Below are positions 62,674-64,000 of a stretch of DNA of 64,000 nucleotides, piece after piece (position 1 is the first letter of the stretch; each line of letters opens with the position of its first letter). The notes beneath the pieces were generated by a model that did no database searches, was not told the DNA's origin, and worked only from the letters and a program-made list of their open reading frames with translations. Source of the DNA: an uncultured candidate division Zixibacteria bacterium (GTDB lineage Bacteria; Zixibacteria; MSB-5A5; GN15; FEB-12). The stretch is taken from contig OY760907.1 of assembly GCA_963664195.1 (NCBI GenBank), positions 1,536,001 through 1,600,000 of the forward strand, given 5' to 3'. Both the position numbers and the translations under genes were made by a program.

Positions 62674-63078
62674 TCAGTACTTGATAACGCGCGGCAGGTT
62701 CTTGGCCTGACTAACCCATTCGTTAATAGTGTGTTCCGTTGGCACCTGGCGGACGAGATGCTTCTCCTCGTTGACCTGTATCATTCGTTCGTGCAGGTTC
62801 TCCGGGTTCCTCTGGGCCATTTCCGGCACGGTGTCCACACCGGCTGCTTCGAGCAATTCGGAGTACTCTTCACCGACTCCCTTGATCCGGAACAGGTCGG
62901 ACATGTTCACGAAGCGCGTTATCACTTTCTCGCTGACACCGGTGGCCTCTGCGAGTTCTCTGCGTCCCTGCGTGGTTGAACCTCTCTCCAGCAGAGCCTC
63001 GGTTGTCGTAATGCCTGTTTTTCTCATTTTGGCCGCGAGCGTGTCGCCCACGCCTTCAATGTTGGTAAGTTTCGGCAT
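62674..63078 (-). CDS. DUF4332 (helix-hairpin-helix) protein
   Basis: IEGVG, DLFRIKGVGEEYSELLEAAGVDTVPE.AQRN, W..QAK.LPR. Confidence 0.85.
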   Translation of the reverse strand: MPKLTNIEGVGDTLAAKMRKTGITTTEALLERGSTTQGRRELAEATGVSEKVITRFVNMSDLFRIKGVGEEYSELLEAAGVDTVPEMAQRNPENLHERMIQVNEEKHLVRQVPTEHTINEWVSQAKNLPRVIKY

Positions 63079-63183
63079 GTGTGTTCTCCTTGTTCTTGGT
63101 TGTACTTGAAGTTCGGTATTCTCCGGTCAGTCGCGTCTCGAACCCTTCACCGGTGGATGCTATCCTCCATGAAACCGGACCGT

Positions 63184-63270
63184 TCCGCCAATTCCGAAAG
63201 CAGTTGCCACGGCGACCGCGATGGCACCGAGGATTGTTCCGAACGCCATGTTTACTGATTCATTGGCCAG
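63184..63270 (-). pseudogene. Remnant of a TM-helix-repeat (CmpX/mechanosensitive-channel-like) gene
   Basis: Short segment LANESVNMAFGTILGAIAVAVATAFGIGG resembles the family C-terminal motif; the flanks do not. Confidence 0.45.
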
Positions 63271-63474
63271 CCTGTGTGTCGAATTGGTCACTACCCGGGG
63301 GGAGGAGACGTGCGGATTCCCCGGAAACCTGAATCGCAGTGTCAGGCCCACTCGGCTACCCTTTGCCCTATGCACTAAACGCACTGTAGCCGCGGGTTGT
63401 TTGCCGGGCAGATGTGAGCATATCGAAGGTTGAGGAATGCATCTTGCGGTTGAACAGAGCGGTCAGAGTATGAC

Positions 63475-64000
63475 TCAGAGATTTCCGGACAACCCGCCGA
63501 GTGTGATATTCTCCACGAGGACAGATTTTGGTCGGCTCAAGGCATATGCAACTGCCTCGGCTGTCTCTTGCGGTGGCATCATTTTGTCCTTTGGCCAGTC
63601 ACCCTCGATTGAGTCCCAGAGATTGGAGGCGGTAGCGGCGGGGTAGATGTTGATTACGCGGATGCCCTTGGGACGGAGTTCCTCCCGAACAGATTGCGTG
63701 AATCCTTCGAGTGCGAACTTGCTCATGCAGTAGCTGCTCCAACCGGGGAAGCCGGTCCTGGCGGCCACAGAGAGGATATTCACGACAGACGCGCCTTCCG
63801 GCATTGACGGTGCCAACTTTTGGGTGAGGAGAAAGGGGGCGGTGATATTGATGTCGATCGTTTCCTGCCATTCCTCGAGTGTAAGTTCACCAAGCGGCTT
63901 GACAACCGCCATGCCGGCGTTATTCGCCAGCACGTGCAACGGCTGGCTCGCCAACTCAGCTGCCAGCGAGAGGACTTCTTTCGGGTCGGCAAGATCACAT
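63475..64000 (-). CDS. Short-chain dehydrogenase/reductase; 5' end lies outside the window
   Basis: CDLAD, NNAG, N..S, YCMSK (YxxxK), IRV.NIYP; frame open to the window end. Confidence 0.9.
   Translation of the reverse strand, partial: CDLADPKEVLSLAAELASQPLHVLANNAGMAVVKPLGELTLEEWQETIDINITAPFLLTQKLAPSMPEGASVVNILSVAARTGFPGWSSYCMSKFALEGFTQSVREELRPKGIRVINIYPAATASNLWDSIEGDWPKDKMMPPQETAEAVAYALSRPKSVLVENITLGGLSGNL

Overview
A 64-kb stretch of a moderately GC-rich diderm bacterial chromosome. The exported proteins (QNYPNPFNP-type C-terminal tail, DUF5686 protein, acidic-tailed lipoproteins) suggest an FCB-group or Zixibacteria-like organism; this is inference only. Most of it is core and metabolic DNA: eno, a DtxR/MntR-regulated TroABCD-like metal ABC operon, an nfi-like to tsaD cluster, pgsA-pgpA-cinA-thpR-(insert)-recA, a class II B12 ribonucleotide reductase with tandem NrdR boxes, an alternative complex III operon (actA-F) with no adjacent oxidase, and a Phe/Tyr homogentisate degradation cluster. 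Several REP-like palindrome families lie between genes. I saw no rRNA, tRNA, CRISPR array, transposase or prophage gene. The most unusual elements are: (1) an orphan gene that looks like a SLOG/DprA-like domain fused to an AbiGi-like ADP-ribosyltransferase fold; (2) an exported bacterial protein with LIM-type zinc fingers and a plant DA1-like peptidase domain; (3) an endonuclease V homolog with both catalytic Asp residues replaced; (4) an about 80-nt sRNA candidate bounded by a near-consensus promoter and a terminator; (5) a YtgCR-like permease-repressor fusion beside a stand-alone MntR; (6) a dyad in the recA promoter; (7) a homogentisate pathway without a recognisable maleylacetoacetate isomerase. 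All family assignments were made by eye from motifs; no database searches were run.
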